A stretch of DNA of 63,500 nt, counting the filler, from Raja brachyura (taxonomy: Eukaryota), in the NCBI GenBank assembly GCA_963514005.1. It is 3 parts of 3 records of this genome, joined end to end, with 100 filler letters (N's around TTAATTAATTAA, not from the genome) between each part and the next. Parts side by side here need not be neighbours in the genome. Positions count along the whole stretch, not along the records: positions 1 to 22,538 come from OY740801.1; 2 more parts are not named here. The stretch is one strand, 5' to 3'. A program made the translations under genes and the position numbers. Positions 1-13,639 of this stretch are shown here, in pieces. The notes under the pieces were generated by a model. That model worked only from the letters and a program-made list of their open reading frames with translations, did no database searches and was not told where the DNA came from. Positions within the stretch are counted from its first letter, which is position 1; each line of letters begins with the position of its first letter.

Positions 1-190
1 ACCATAACCCATCCAAACACTATAACCCTCTGTGTACACTACACCATCTGTACAGTGACCCCTCCATGTACAATAACCCCTGCCTACACTGTAACCCCCT
101 CCTCTCCTTTCACCATAACCCCTCTGTACACCGTAATGCCTTCATACACCGTAACTCATACATACACTGTAACCCTTCCCTACACCATTT
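1..190. repeat. Degenerate tandem repeat (cactgtaaccc-like)
   Basis: Recurrent caccataaccc/cactgtaaccc motifs. Confidence 0.6.
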
Positions 191-1477
191 GAATTGAATG
201 TTATCACGTGTGACAAGTCATGGTGAAATTCTTTGCTTGAATACCCAAGGTGTGCAAATAGTCGCCCATAAAGGGCGATTACAAAGTTACAAATCCTCCC
301 CCCACCCCCGCGCCAGTTCCCCCTTTGTCCCCCCCCCCTCATCACGGCGGCCCCCCATTCTGTGTCCCCCTTTGTTCCTCCCCTCGGCAGCGGCGTCCTC
401 ACTTCCACCTGTCCGTCCTTGTCTGTCGGTCAGCGCTATCATCGATCGCCGCACCGTCCTCTCCATTAACTCTGCCGGTTCCGCTCCGGACGCCTCGCTT
501 CACCCAAACCCCCTCCCTACCCCGTCATGCCTTCATCACTGTAACCCATCCATTCACCACAACTGGAGGTGGCCATTTGGCCCACATCCCTGCTGGCTGT
601 TTAAGATGGCAACTACTCTCCCACCTCAGCGCCATATCCCATCCAAGATTCCTCTGATGATCCGCAGCCTGGGATGCCTGAGCCGTGGGGATTGGGCCCT
701 GGGGTGATGCAGTTGCTGTCAGCTCGTCCTCTTCCCGGCCTCCGTCCCCGCTGCCTCTGCTGTCGATCTGCCCGACCTTCAGCGTTTCACCAAAGTCACA
801 TCCTCTACATTAAACTCCTGCCCTGCCCTCTCTCCCGGTCCTGACGTAACCACAATCGTCCCTGGAACCAGCCAGCTGCCGAGGGGAGGAGACCAGCGAT
901 TCCCCCCCCTGTCTCCACCCCCCCCCCCACCCGCCAGGCAACGGAGAGGAACAGTGGAGCATCTGGGTGCCAGGGCGGGGAGACGGGCAATGACAGGACG
1001 GCATGTTAATTATACATGGCTGTGGCCCTGACTCACTTAGTGCGTCAGCAGAGCCAGCTGTGTATGTGCCATGCCCAGCGCCCACTCCCCCTCACAAAGG
1101 CAGTCACGTTCCACCACACCCACTCCACACAAACCAGTACATGGTGATGACAAGGGAACCTCCAACAATCCCAGACCCAACTCTTCCCCTCCGTCCCCCA
1201 CGCCAGACCCTTGCTCCAGACCCCAGACCAACGTCTGATCTAGCAGAGTGGGGAACTGGCCTGGGCCTTTGACCGAGAGTGCCATCGAGTAGCTGAGGTC
1301 CACGGGCATCGAGGAGAAACACCCTGCGGCCGGGGGCACATCTCATACACAGGGAAGTGGCTGCGGGACATGGAGGCTGATCCAGTCTAGAACATCCCTG
1401 ATGGTGGGACACAGGTGGACAGGGTGTTGAAGAAGGCATTTGGCACACTGACCATCAACGCGTTCAGGGTTTATTTT

Positions 1478-1760
1478 TGTTTAGCGATACAGCACGGAAG
1501 CAGGCCCTTCGGCCCACTGAATCCGCGCTGACCAGCGATCCTCAATAACACTCGGGACAATTTACAATTTTACCAAGCCAATTAGCCTACAAACCTATAC
1601 GTCTTTGGAGTGTGGGAGGAAACTGGATCTCCCGGAGAAAACCCACGCAGGTTATGGGGAGAACGTACAAACTCCATACAGACAACACCCATAGTCAGCA
1701 TCGAACCTGGGTCTCTGGCGCTGCAAGGCGGTAACTCCACTACTGTGCCACTGTGCTGCC
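1478..1760 (-). mobile_element. tRNA-derived V-SINE (HE1-like)
   Basis: Pol III A/B-box head (GGTTCGATGC) and V-domain TGGAGTTTGTACGTTCTCCCC. Further copies at ~22660-22960 (minus), ~30600-30880 (plus), ~49770-50150 (minus), ~51910-52190 (plus), ~52993-53280 (plus), ~62280-62570 (minus). Confidence 0.75.
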
Positions 1761-2724
1761 CATTACACATTCCCTCTCCAGCCTACCTGTGCCCTCTGAC
1801 ATTTCCCCCCTCACCTCCGCCACGCTCTCACCCTCGTTGCCAGTGGCAGAGGCTTACCCTGACTCTGAGATGTTTATCAAACAGCAGAGTCCCAGCACCG
1901 ACCCGGCAACACCGTAACGTTGCAATCTCAGCGTGAAGAACCAAGCTCTTTGCCATCCCAGCTCCCAGCCTGAGCCGGATTATCATCATTGCTGCTACCG
2001 ACCCTACGATCCCTGCATATGCCCATCCTGAGAGATCCATTAACCACTAGCATTTAGACGCAGAGTCATAGATTCACACAGCACGGAAATAGGACCTTCG
2101 GCCCAACCCCTCCACAATGATCAAGATGCCCCATCTACTGTACACTAATCCCCTGTTGCTGCATTTGGCCCATATCTCTCCTGTATCCTGTCCAAATGTT
2201 TATTTCATTGTAGAAAGTGTCTCTGACCCATTCATATAAAGAGTACGATTGCTCAATATATCCGAGCAATTTGCTCATTCACAGAACTCAGGCATCCCTG
2301 TCAATCACAGGTCAGGGTGATGTGAGGCTTGTTCTATCAGAGAGCCTGCGTCTCATCTGCAACTCCTCACGTCCCACATGGCATACAGCACAGGAACAGG
2401 CCCTTCAGACCACAATGTCTGCCGAACATAATATCAAAAGCGGCCTTTATCTGTCTGCACATAATCCATATCTCTCCATTCACTGCGTATCCATGTGCCT
2501 ATCCAAAACTCTCTTAAATGCTGCTATCATATCTGCGTCCACCGCCACCCCCCGCAGCACGTTCCAGACCACCACCTCTATCTGTGTAAAAAACCTGCCC
2601 TGCACATCTCCTTTAAACTATGCCCCCTCACCTTAAAGCGATGCCCTCTAGTCTTTGACAATTCCACCCTGGGGAAAAAAGGTTCTGACTCACACTTTCT
2701 ATGCCTCTCATAGTTCTATATATT

Positions 2725-3510
2725 GGCTCTCAACACCAGTAAAACCAAGGAACTGATTGTGGACTGTGGATGGGGAAGGAGAGGGACCCACAATCCCGTT
2801 ATATATCAACGGGAAGATGGTGGAAAAGGTCAGGAACTGCAAATTCCTGGGCGTGCCTATTTCCAAAGATCTTTCCTGGACCCAGAACACTGATGCAATT
2901 ATAAAGAAGGCACATCAACGCCTCTACTTCCTGAGAAGATTACGGAGAGTCGGTATGTCAAGGAGGATTCTCCCGAACTTCTACAGGTGCACAGTAGAGA
3001 GCATGCTGACCGGTTGCATCGTGGCTTGGTTCGGCAACTTGAACGTCCAGGAGCAGAAAAGACTGCAGAAAGTTGTGACCACTGCCCAGTCCATCACCGG
3101 CTCTGACCTCCCCACCATCAAAGAAGGGATCTATAGCAGTCGCTGCCTCAAAAAGGCTGCCAACATCATCAAAGACCCACACCATCCTGGTCACACACTC
3201 ATTTCACCGTTGCCATTGGGAAGAAGGTACAGGAGCCTGAAATCTGTAACATCCAGGTTCAGGACCAGCTTCTTCCCCACAGCCATCAGGCTATTAAACA
3301 CGACATCAAATAAGTTCTGAACAATAAGTCTATTATTATTATTGCACTATACCTGTTTATTTATTGTGTATATATGGTCTATAGACACACTGAACTTTTA
3401 TCTCCTGTTCTGTATTATGTTTACATATTATGTTGTGCTGCAACAAGTAAGAATGTCATTGTCCTATCTTGGACACAGGACAATGAAACGCTCTTGACTC
3501 TTGACTTGAT
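2725..3510 (+). mobile_element. Rex1/Babar-type LINE 3' fragment
   Basis: KFLGVPISKDLSWTQN...KKAHQRLYFLRRL...FYRCTVESMLTGCI...GRRYRSL...FFPTAIRLLN; (TCTTGAC)n tail; interrupts a CR1 remnant. Confidence 0.85.
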
Positions 3511-3869
3511 ATTTCTATCAGGTCTCTCCACAGCCTCCAGCTTTCCAGGTAAATCAATCCAGGTCTGTTCAACTTCTCCCTGTAGCTGAAATCCCCTAGT
3601 CTTGGCATCATTGTGTGGGACAATTATTGACCCCATATTGAGCTACGTCTCGGACAGATCTCACTGTCCATGAACACAAATCTTCAGCTCAGGTCTTGAG
3701 GAAAAGGCACAACATTGGGAAGAAGCTGACTCAGTGACACATGCTGGAGGGGAGAACCATTTGGATGGGTTGCTATAGCAACTATAGCATCTCCATCACA
3801 TCTTTCACTGTATGAATAACATCACAAACTCCATGAGAAACACTTGGAGTCAGTGACAATGCCGGTCTC

Positions 3870-4140
3870 AGCTGTAACTGTGACGCTAGCTCTTCCTGTA
3901 ATGCCCCTAGCCATGCCTGCAGTGACCCTAGCCCTGCCTGTAATGCCCCCTAGCTCTGCCTGTAGTGACCCTAGCCCTGACTGTTGTGCCCTTGCTGTGG
4001 GTGTTGTGTAGTGACCCTAGCCATGCCTGCAGTGACCCTAGCCCTGCCTGTAATGCCCCTAGCTCTGCCTGTAGTACCCCTAGCCCTGCCTGTTGTGCCC
4101 TTGCTGTGGGTGTTGTGTAGTGACCCTAGCCCTGCCTGCA
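3870..4140. repeat. 21-bp degenerate tandem repeat with ~105-bp higher-order period
   Basis: gtgaccctagccctgcctgta-like units. Confidence 0.85.
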
Positions 4141-4647
4141 GCTCCGTGTTGCCACAGTGTACACTCCCTGCAAGGAGCGTTCTGTGCGGTGACCTTGAAC
4201 AGGGACAGGCTGGGCCCAGCCCCGGCACCACAGTCACTACAAACCTGGCACTCAGTCCCCGGATCAGCACCTGACTGCCGACTGGGCCTTTTACTGAAGA
4301 TTTTCACATCACCTCAGTGGCACAAACCAGCCCCATCCCAATGTTATGCTTCAATAATTCCAAACACCCTTCAGCACAGAGACAGGCCTTCGGCCCACCA
4401 TGTCCATGCTGGTGAAAATAGAGGTTAATGGCCGATAACTCCCAGAGCATGGAAGATACTTGTTAATGAGTGAGGTCCATTCAGACTGGAGTGGTTGGAC
4501 ATAGAACAGTACAGCACAGGATGGGCCCCTCACATCACAATGTTTATGAGAAACATGATGCCAAGTTAAACAGATCTCCTCTGCTGCACGTGATCCATAT
4601 CCCTCCATTCCCTGCATATCCATGTGCCTATCCAAAAGCCATTTAAA

Positions 4648-6622
4648 TTTTTTTTTTAATATTTCAAAATAGACTTTATTCAAGTAATAAATATTTACAA
4701 TACATCAACCGTGCGAAAAATCCATCCGACATTTTCGGAGGCTATACAAATTCTTCCATGCAGTCTATATACATTTTTCAAATTTTACTAATTAATCCCC
4801 CACCCGTGCCACTCATGTGGCCCCCCGGCATGGGATACCTTCCCTTATTTTGAGGGGCGTCTCCACCATACAGTGCCCCCCATGTCCAGCAGCGGAAGGA
4901 CCTTAGACTGTGGCCCTCCCCCACCGAGCCTTGGCGTTGGCTGCACCGAGCTTCAGTGCGTCCCTTAGTACGTACTCCTGCAGTCTGCAGTGGGCCAGTC
5001 GGCAACATTCCCCGACGGACATCTCGCTCTGCTGGGTGGTGAACAAAGCTCGGGCAGACCAGAGAGCGTCTTTCACCGAGTTGATAACCTTCCAGCAGCA
5101 CTTGATGTCAGTCTCTGAATGTGTCCCTGGGAACAGTCCGTAAATCACAGAGTCCTCTGTGACAGAGCTGTTTGGAATAAAGCGTACCAGGGACCCTTGC
5201 ATTTTTCTCCAGACTCTTTGGGCAAATCCACACTCTGCAAAGAGGTGGGCAACCGTCTCCACTCCATAGCAGCCGTCCCGAGGGCAGCGTGCGCTGGTAG
5301 TGAGGTTCCGATGGTGCAGGAAGGATCTGACTGGGAGGGCTCCCCTCACCGCCAGCCAAGCCAGGTCTTGGTGCTTGTTGGTGAGTTCTGGCGATGAGGC
5401 ATTTTGCCAGACAAGCTGGGCAGTCTGCTCAGGGAACCACGCCACCGGGTCCATCGAGTCCTTTCCCTGCAGTACCTGCAGGACATTCTGTGCTGACCAC
5501 TGCCCAATGGACATGTGGTCACAGGTGTTGGTCCGGAAGAACCTTTCCACAGACGACAGATGGGGCGGCAGTGACCAGCTGACTGGCACGTTGCGTGGCA
5601 TCTGCGCCAGGCCCATCCTTCGCAACACCGGGGACAGGTAGAACCTCAGCAGGTAGTGACACTTGGTGCCCACGTGCCTTGGCTCTACACTCCGCCTGAT
5701 GCAGCCACACACGAAGGTGGCCATCAGGATGAGGGCGACGTTGGGCACGCTTTTACCCCCGTTGTCTGCCGACTTGTACATTGTGGCCCGTCGCACCCGG
5801 TCCATCCTCGACCCCCAGATGAACTGGAAGACGGCCCGGGTGATCCCTGTGGCGTAGGAAGGAGGGACAGGCCACACCTGTGCCAAGTACAGCAGGCCCG
5901 AGAGCACCTCACACCTGATGACCAAATTTTTTCCCGTTATGGAGAGGGAGCGTTGCCTCCACAGCTCCAGCTTCTTCCCCACCCTGGCTATCCGCTCCAG
6001 CCAATTCTTGTTACACGCCTCAGCCCCCCCGAACCAGATCCCCAGCACCTTCAAGAAGTCAGGCTTGATGGTGAAGGGGACGGAAGATCTGTCGGGCCAG
6101 TTGCCAAAGAGCATGGCCTCGCTCTTCCTGCGGTTCACCCTGGCTCCCGTGGCCGACTCAAACTGGTCGCAGATACTAATCAATCTGCGGACCGACCCTG
6201 GATCCGAGCAGAAGACAGCGACATCGTCCATGTACAGGGAGGTCTTTACTTGAATGCCCCCACTGCCGGGCAGTGTCACTCCTCTAATGCTCGCATCCTT
6301 CCTGATGGATTCGGCAAAAGGTTCAATACAGCAGACAAACAAGACAGGAGAGAGAGGGCAACCCTGCCTGACTCCAGACCTTACAGGGAAACTGTCTGAT
6401 TCCCACCCATTGATGTGGACTGCACTACGGATGTCGGTGTAGAGCAGATTGATCCAATTCCTGATTCCCTCCCCAAAACCCATTTTGGAGAGCACGTCCC
6501 TCATGTACGTGTGCGAAATCCTGTCAAAGGCCTTCTCCTGGTCCAAGCTGACTAGGCAGGCATCCACCCGTCTGTCCTGCACGTAGGCGATGGTATCTCT
6601 CAGCAGCGCAATTTAAAAATTT
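4648..6622 (-). mobile_element. 5'-truncated Tx1/L1-clade non-LTR retrotransposon
   Basis: Open ORF 4903-~6609 with RT motifs (LDQEKAFDR, GVRQGCPLSP, YMDD) and a C-terminal CCHC zinc knuckle (CPRDGC...ETVAHLFAEC). Poly(A) seen as a T-run from 4648. TSD aaagccatttaaa at 4635-4647 and 6623-6635. Confidence 0.92.
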
Positions 6623-9544
6623 AAAGCCATTTAAAATGCCACTTTCGTATCTGCTTCCACCACCAGGCCCCACAAGTGTGCAAAAACTTGTCCTGCACAT
6701 CTCCACTAAAATTTCCACCTCTCACCTTAGAGCTATGCCCTCTCGTGTTGGGCATTTCTACCCTGGGGAAAAATGTTCAGACTGTCTACCCCAATTATGC
6801 CTCTCATAATTTTATATACTTCTATCGTATGTTTATGTTAACCTTTATATATTTATGTGTCTTGTTGCTTTTTGTCCCCATATGGCTGCATGGTAATTTG
6901 CATATCACTGTACACGTGACGATAAAAGACCTTTGAAACCTTTGAAGTATCCCCTCAACCACTGATGTTCCAGAGAAAACAATTAAAGTCTATCCAACCT
7001 CTCCACGTAGCTGAAAGCCTCCAATCCAGGCAGCATTCTAGTAAATCTCCAAAGCACCCTTCCCAAAGCCTCCATATCCTTCCTGTAATGGGGCGACCAG
7101 AACTTCACGCAATACTCAAAATGCAGGCAAAGTCCTCTAGAGCTGCACATGACTCTCAAACTCTCATATTCAATGCTCTTAGCAATAAATGCAAGCATAC
7201 CATACACCTTCTTTACCACTTTCTCTACTTGTGCTGCCATCTTCAGTGATCTATGAACTGGATTCCAAGATCCCACTTCATTGCTGTTAAGAGTCTTGCG
7301 TAGTTACAGCTCACCTAGCAGACTTGACCACAGCTGACTGTTCGATGGTAGCTGCTGCCAGTCACTTGTGCACCACATTTGTGACACCACACCTTGTGTC
7401 TGGGATGCAACACAGCATGGGTTTTGCCCGCGTGAACTTGAAGACAAAGAGCGAAGACACACGTGATTTAGCTTCCACTGGTCTCCTGGTTCAGATGCTT
7501 ATGAGTCATAAACATGAACATTGGTCTCTCGAGGCTCAGTCCTGCTCCACCATTCTGAACGGCCCACTCCCACGTATACAGTTATAGAGGCGTACAGCAC
7601 ACAACGGACCCTTTCCCCGCCACATCCATGCCGACCATTGTATCCATTTACACTAATTCCAAGTAACTATTAACAAGTAACTAGGACTTGTGACTGGTCA
7701 TTCATGGTCGGTGTAGGCTCAGTGGGCCAAAGGTCCTGTTTCTATGCTGCATCTCTAAACTAAACTAAAACTAGGGAGAGCAAAGAAGAGACAAGAAGTG
7801 GCAGCAGCGGGCAAGGTTGAGGAAAATCCCAAAGCATTTGATGTTAATAAGAGGAGTGAGGAGTGCCCGTCAGGGACCAAAGTGTGTGGTTGGAGGATGT
7901 AGATGAGATCGGAATGGACAGAGGACATTGTCGGTGAGACAGGAAACTGCAGATGCTGGAATCTCGAGCAAAACACAAACCATTAGAGGTTCAGCAGCAT
8001 CTGTGGAGCAGATGGACAATTGACATTTCATGTTGGGACCCTTAATATAGACTGAAAGGACATTGTAAGAGATTTAAGGGTTACACAAAAAGCTGGAGAA
8101 ACTCAGCGGGTGCAGCAGCATCTAAGGGGCGAAGGAGATAGGCGACGTTTCGGGTCGAGACCCTTCTTCAGACTGAGATTTGTAAGAGATTTTGATGGAT
8201 TCTGAGGAAGTGTTGTTTCTCCCAGAGGGTGGTTGGAGTCTAGACATTACCTGAGGGGATGGTGGAGACAGAGACCTTCACAATGACTAAGGGGCTTGAA
8301 TCGTAAGGCACAGTAGAATGCAGACCATACACTTATATGGACCAAATCCTTTTTTCTTTGGAGCGTAGGGGACCTTATTGAGGTGCATGAGCTTATGAGG
8401 GGCTTGGATAAAGTGAACATTCACAGCTTTAGGTTAGATGATTCTAAATCTAGAGAGCACAGACTTTAGGTGAAAGGGGAGATATTTAAGAGGGACTCCA
8501 GGGCAACGTTCACTCAGAGGGTAGTCCTTATCTGGAATGAGCTGCCAGAGGAAGTGATAGAAAGGGATAGTATTACAACTTTTAAAAGACATTTAGATAG
8601 ATATATGGATAGGATGGGTTTAGAAGGACATTGGCCAAATCCAGGCAAGTGGGACAAGCTCAGTATGGCAACCTGGCCAGTATAACAAAAGTGGGCCGAA
8701 AGGCCTGTTTCATGGCTGTACAGCTTCTGAATCACTGACAGAGAAGGCTACAGATCCAGCACTGGTGAATGGGATTGGTGTAGATGGGTCAGCATGGATA
8801 GGATGGGCTGAAGAGCTGAGTTCTCTATCTATAACACTTGATGACTCTATCTACAGGACAGCGTCTCTCCATCCATCATCCATCATGCCAACCGCAGAAC
8901 AGCCTCTTGCTTTGACCCAACTCAGCTACTGAAATATCGCTGCAGGGAGAGACCGGAGTGCAATCATGTTTGAAGTTCACTTTTATTTATTCGTTGGCTG
9001 AGGTTTTGTAATCTGTTGTTTAAAGGGTTCAATTAACAGCGCCTGCCTGCATGTGCGATTCATTTGTTGGCTGCCTCGCAGCTGTGAAATTTTACTGACT
9101 TCATAAAAAGAGAGAATAGCGTTGAGCGCCCCACACACGTTCTGTGGGCAGCCAGAGCCACATCTGCAACCACTTCCACCGTAAACACCCCTCATGGCCC
9201 CGCAATGATCCCCGCACCTCTGCCTGTGGCTGTGGAGCACCCACCTTGACCTGCTCTACCCCCGTTCCCTGGGCTGCCGCTCAGCCAGACACAGCCAGGG
9301 AGGAGGGTCGCGCCTGCTGTTCCCTGGGCAACACCTCTGGGCCCTGGGGGATCAGTCTGCTCCCATCACAGATGCAAGTCCCTGAGCGAGTCCCCCCGCT
9401 GAGTGTGCAGCTCGACGATCCTGCAGTCAGCAAACCCCGCGTGGCGGCTAGGCGGTGTGTGCTGCAGTCGCAGGAGATGCAACGCCTGCACCTTCCTCCC
9501 ACCATCCCGGGACACAAACCATCCCGCCAGCCGAAGCTGCGATT

Positions 9545-11900
9545 CATAGAGTTAAACTGCAGGATAACAGGCCCTTCGGCCCAATTCGTCCAAGCCAACC
9601 ATAAGTCCCAGCTAAGAAAGTTGCATTTGCCCGCGTTTGACCCATATCTCTCTGAACCTTTCCTATCCATGTACCTGTCCAAGTGCCTATTAAATGTTGC
9701 GATAGGAGCTATCTCAACTACCTCCTCTGGCAGGTTGCTCCATATACCTACCACCCTCCAAGTGAAAAAGTTGTACCTCAGGTCCACATAAAATTGTCAC
9801 CTCTCATCTTAACCATATGTCCTCTTGTTCTTGGTTCCCCTGCTCTGGGTAAAGGTTTCTGTGCATTCACCCTATCTATTCCTCACACGATTTCATACTC
9901 CTCTTTAGGATCACCTCTCAGCCTCCTGCACCCCAAGGAATCAAGTCCTAGCCTGCCCAACCTCTCCCTGACGCTCAGACTCTGAAGTCCTGGCAACATC
10001 CTTGTAAATCTTCTCGGTACTCTTTCCAGCTTAACATCTTCCTGTAGCAGGGTGACCAAAACTGACAACAACACTGCAGAAATGGGCAGAGAAATGGCAG
10101 CTGGAGTTTAAACCGAGCAAGTGTATGATGTTGTACTTTAGGAGGTTGAATGTGAGGAGGGTGTATACAATTAATGGACAGGTATGGTACAGCAGTTGCA
10201 CCGTAGCAGACAGGAAGGCACTACAACGGGTGGTGAAAACCGCCCAGTACATCATCGGTGCCCCGCTCCCTGCCTTGAATGCCCTCCACCGAAACGGTGT
10301 CTGAGACGGGCCTGGAAGATCATCAAAGACCCCTCCCACCCTAACCATGGACTGTTTGCCCTCGTACCATCAGGGAGGCGGTACAGGAGCCTCAGGTCCC
10401 GCACTAGTAGGATGAGGAACAACACCATCACAATGCTGAACTTGGAGTCCCGCCGATAGATTTCTCCAGTCTCTCCGTCCACATTGTCTGCATTCTGTAT
10501 TTATTTCTATATTGCTATTACTACAAACTGACGCTAAACTGCATTTCGTTGTACCCAGACTTGTATCTGTGCAATGACATTAAAGTTGAATTGAATTGAA
10601 TTGAAAAAACAGCATTGAAGTGCAGAGGGATCTTGGAGTCCAAGTTCATAGGTCACTAAAGGTGGCAGCACAAGGGGGTAGGGTGGTAAAGAAGGCGTAT
10701 GGCATGCTTGCCTTCATTGCTGGGGACATTGAATACACGGAATAGTCAGGAAATCACAATGCAGACCTACAGGACTGGTTATGCCACATTTGGAGTATTG
10801 CAGCCAGTTCTGGTCACCCCATTACAGGAAGGACGTAGAGGCTTTGGAGAGGGTGCAGTGGAGGTTTACCACAATGCTGCCTGGATTAGAAGGTTTCAGT
10901 TGGAAGGAGAGGTTGGATAGACAGATTGTTTTCTTGGAGGTTGAGGAGAGACTTGATATGTGTGTAAAATTATGACAGGCACCGATAGTATAGACATTCA
11001 GAACCTTTTTCCCAGGATATAAATGTCCAATACAGGAGGACATAGCTATAAGGTGAGTGCGGGAAAGTTTAATGGGGATGTGCGGGGCAGGTTTTTTGCC
11101 AGTGTGGTGATGGAGGTAGATTCGATAGTGGCATTTAGGTAGCCACATGGAAGTGCAGTGTAAAGAGGGATATGAATAATGTACTGGCAGATGGGATCAG
11201 TCCAATTTGGCATCATGTATGGCACACATATTGCAGACTGATGAGCCCATTCCTGTGCTGTAGTGTACTATGATCCATATACGCCAAGCAAGATCTCACC
11301 AACGCCTTGTACAACTGCAACATAACGTCCAAAACGCCTGTACTCAATACCCTGAATGATGAAGGCCAGCGGACTGGAAGCCTTCTGTACCACCCAAGAT
11401 TCACTGGTATTTCTTCTAATTGTTTTATCCTTAATCTGTGCTTTGTCCAGTCCACGTACATATTCAAATCTCGGAGTCATTCTCACAACAACCTCGAACC
11501 CCTTGAGTTGTACCATGCCTTGCATCCCCATTGTTTGGTTGTACAAGCCCATCTATTCTCCCCTCATAGTTTCTCGATTCCACCGAACTTGACCCTACGT
11601 GATCTTTTGAGCCGGGGGTTTCTATCCCCCATTGATCCAATTTCTTTGTGTCAAAGGAATTCCTTGTTTCCATTTTGCCCACTTCCCCTAAATGTTAAAT
11701 ATTCTGCAATAATGAATTGCTGACTTTTGCAGTCACATCGCTGTAACAGCTATCACAATACACTCATCAAGTTCTATCTATGCTGTTAACTCGCTTATCT
11801 TGTTCTAAATGCTGCGAGGATTCAAACAGTCTTGTTGACAATTCTCCATTCTTGCACCCAATCGGTGGCAATAAAACTTACACTAACTTGCATTGGTCTG
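9545..11900. mobile_element. Nested CR1 fragments on both strands with a Rex/Babar insertion at ~10183-10605
   Basis: FFTWRVVGIWSNLP and HLEYCSQFWSP remnants; KDPSHPNHGLF...PSGRRYRS with a (TTGAA)n tail; CR1 endonuclease remnant on the minus strand at ~11350-11900. Confidence 0.75.
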
Positions 11901-13639
11901 ACTGGTATTAAAGTGGAAAGTACTGGAAATATCCATCAAGTCAGGCAGTATCTGTGGAGATGGGACATTTTCCTCCCATGTCATCAGATGCTATGATGTG
12001 GCTAATTTCTCACACAGATGATCTCACACCACACACCTTCACCTCTCTGCCCCCGTGGCTCTCTGCATTCTAGGTGAGCATTCTACCCCCTGTAGCAGAG
12101 CCCAGTGCTGAGGGAGTGCAGCACTCCCCTCAAACACCCAGAGCTCCCCCCAAACTCCCCCAACAGTCGGTGACACCTCACTGATGGTGGAACCTTGCTG
12201 GGTGTCAATATCCCCCAGATTTGCCCATATTCCACTCGTGCCTACACTTCACACCTCCAAGACTGAGGCAGGCATTGCAGCAACATGCAAGGTGCTATAG
12301 GAATTCAAACCATTGCTCTGTTCATTTTCATGTGTTCCTGATTTATCGTCAACATCCATAACTGTTCGAACAAATAATGTCTGTGCCGAATATGATGTCA
12401 CGTTAAACTAATGTCTGCCTGCACCTGACCCATATCAAGATTCAGGAGTGTTTCATTGTCATATATACCGAAGCAGAACAATGAAATGATTACTTGAAGC
12501 GACATAACAGGTTTGTAAACACAGTATCCCTCCGATCCCTAAATATGCATGTGCTAATCTAAAAGCCTCTGAAACACCACTATTGTATCTGCCTTCACCA
12601 CCACCCCAGGCAGCAAGTATAACCCCCCACCACCCTCTGTAAAAAACCTGCCCCGCACACCTCCTTTAAACGTTGCCCCTTTCTTTAGCATCAACTTCCA
12701 TAACCCTTGCAACACAGGAACAGGCCCTTCGGCCCACGATGTCTGCTGTAGGTCACACTGTACCCTTGGTGACTGCATCCTATCTGGGTGTGTCCAGTCC
12801 CGTCAGTCTCCCAGGGCCCCTGAGCTCTCCACACTTGGCCAAGAGCAACAAAACCCAATGTCATGAACACCCCCAGCCACCGATATACAGCAGCACACCA
12901 GCCTCACCCCTCACTGGCTCAGCACATTGCCCTCACCCTCACACACTGTCCCCACCCTCACACACTGGCCTCACCCCCACCAACACACACAGCACATTAG
13001 TCTCACCCTCACCAACACACACTGCACACCGACCTCACACCTCACCGACACACAGGGCACAGTAGCCTCTCCCTTCCCTCTGAACCTGCCCACCCTCTCC
13101 CCACCCACAAAGTGATTGCCAAGGAGAGGTGTGAGTTCAGGGTTGGCAAGTGTTACTAGAACAGCAGGAAGGATCCGGTTAATGGGGAGAAGGTTCAGAG
13201 GCAGGGGGAGAGAAGCCGGGGAGAGTCAGGAGGCGAGGGGAGGAGGGGGTTAGAGCAGTGGTCAGCGGAGGAGTGAGTACGTGGGGACTTGGGGAGGTAG
13301 TGCCTGGGGAAGCTGTGCAGAGAGGGGTGGCAGTGTGAGGGGAAGGCAGGGGGTGAACGGGATCACACTTACCAGTCCAAGCTGAGCGAACGGGGGCGGG
13401 GACGGGGGCGGGAGCGGGGGAGGGGTTCCACACTCACTGCAGACCCGGCGCCATTCACTCTGTCCTTGCGGCTGAGCGGCAGAACCAGTCTCAGCTTACT
13501 GCTCTCCAGCCTGGGCAGGGAGAAGAAGTCATGGTTAACGGTGCGTTCAACGGTGGTGGGCTGTGGAGGGGGGGGGGGGGGGGGGGACCCCAGCCGGTGA
13601 ATGCGTGCGCCTGTGTCTGGTTCCCATTGCACTGAGGTC

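Noticed and set aside
1690-1760. tRNA genes
   Set aside because: These are A/B-box heads of SINEs; no complete cloverleaf is supported
2757-3320. ALKBH8-like host gene
   Set aside because: This sequence is the C-terminal part of a Rex/Babar LINE ORF that is often misannotated. It has a repeat tail and several other copies in the window.
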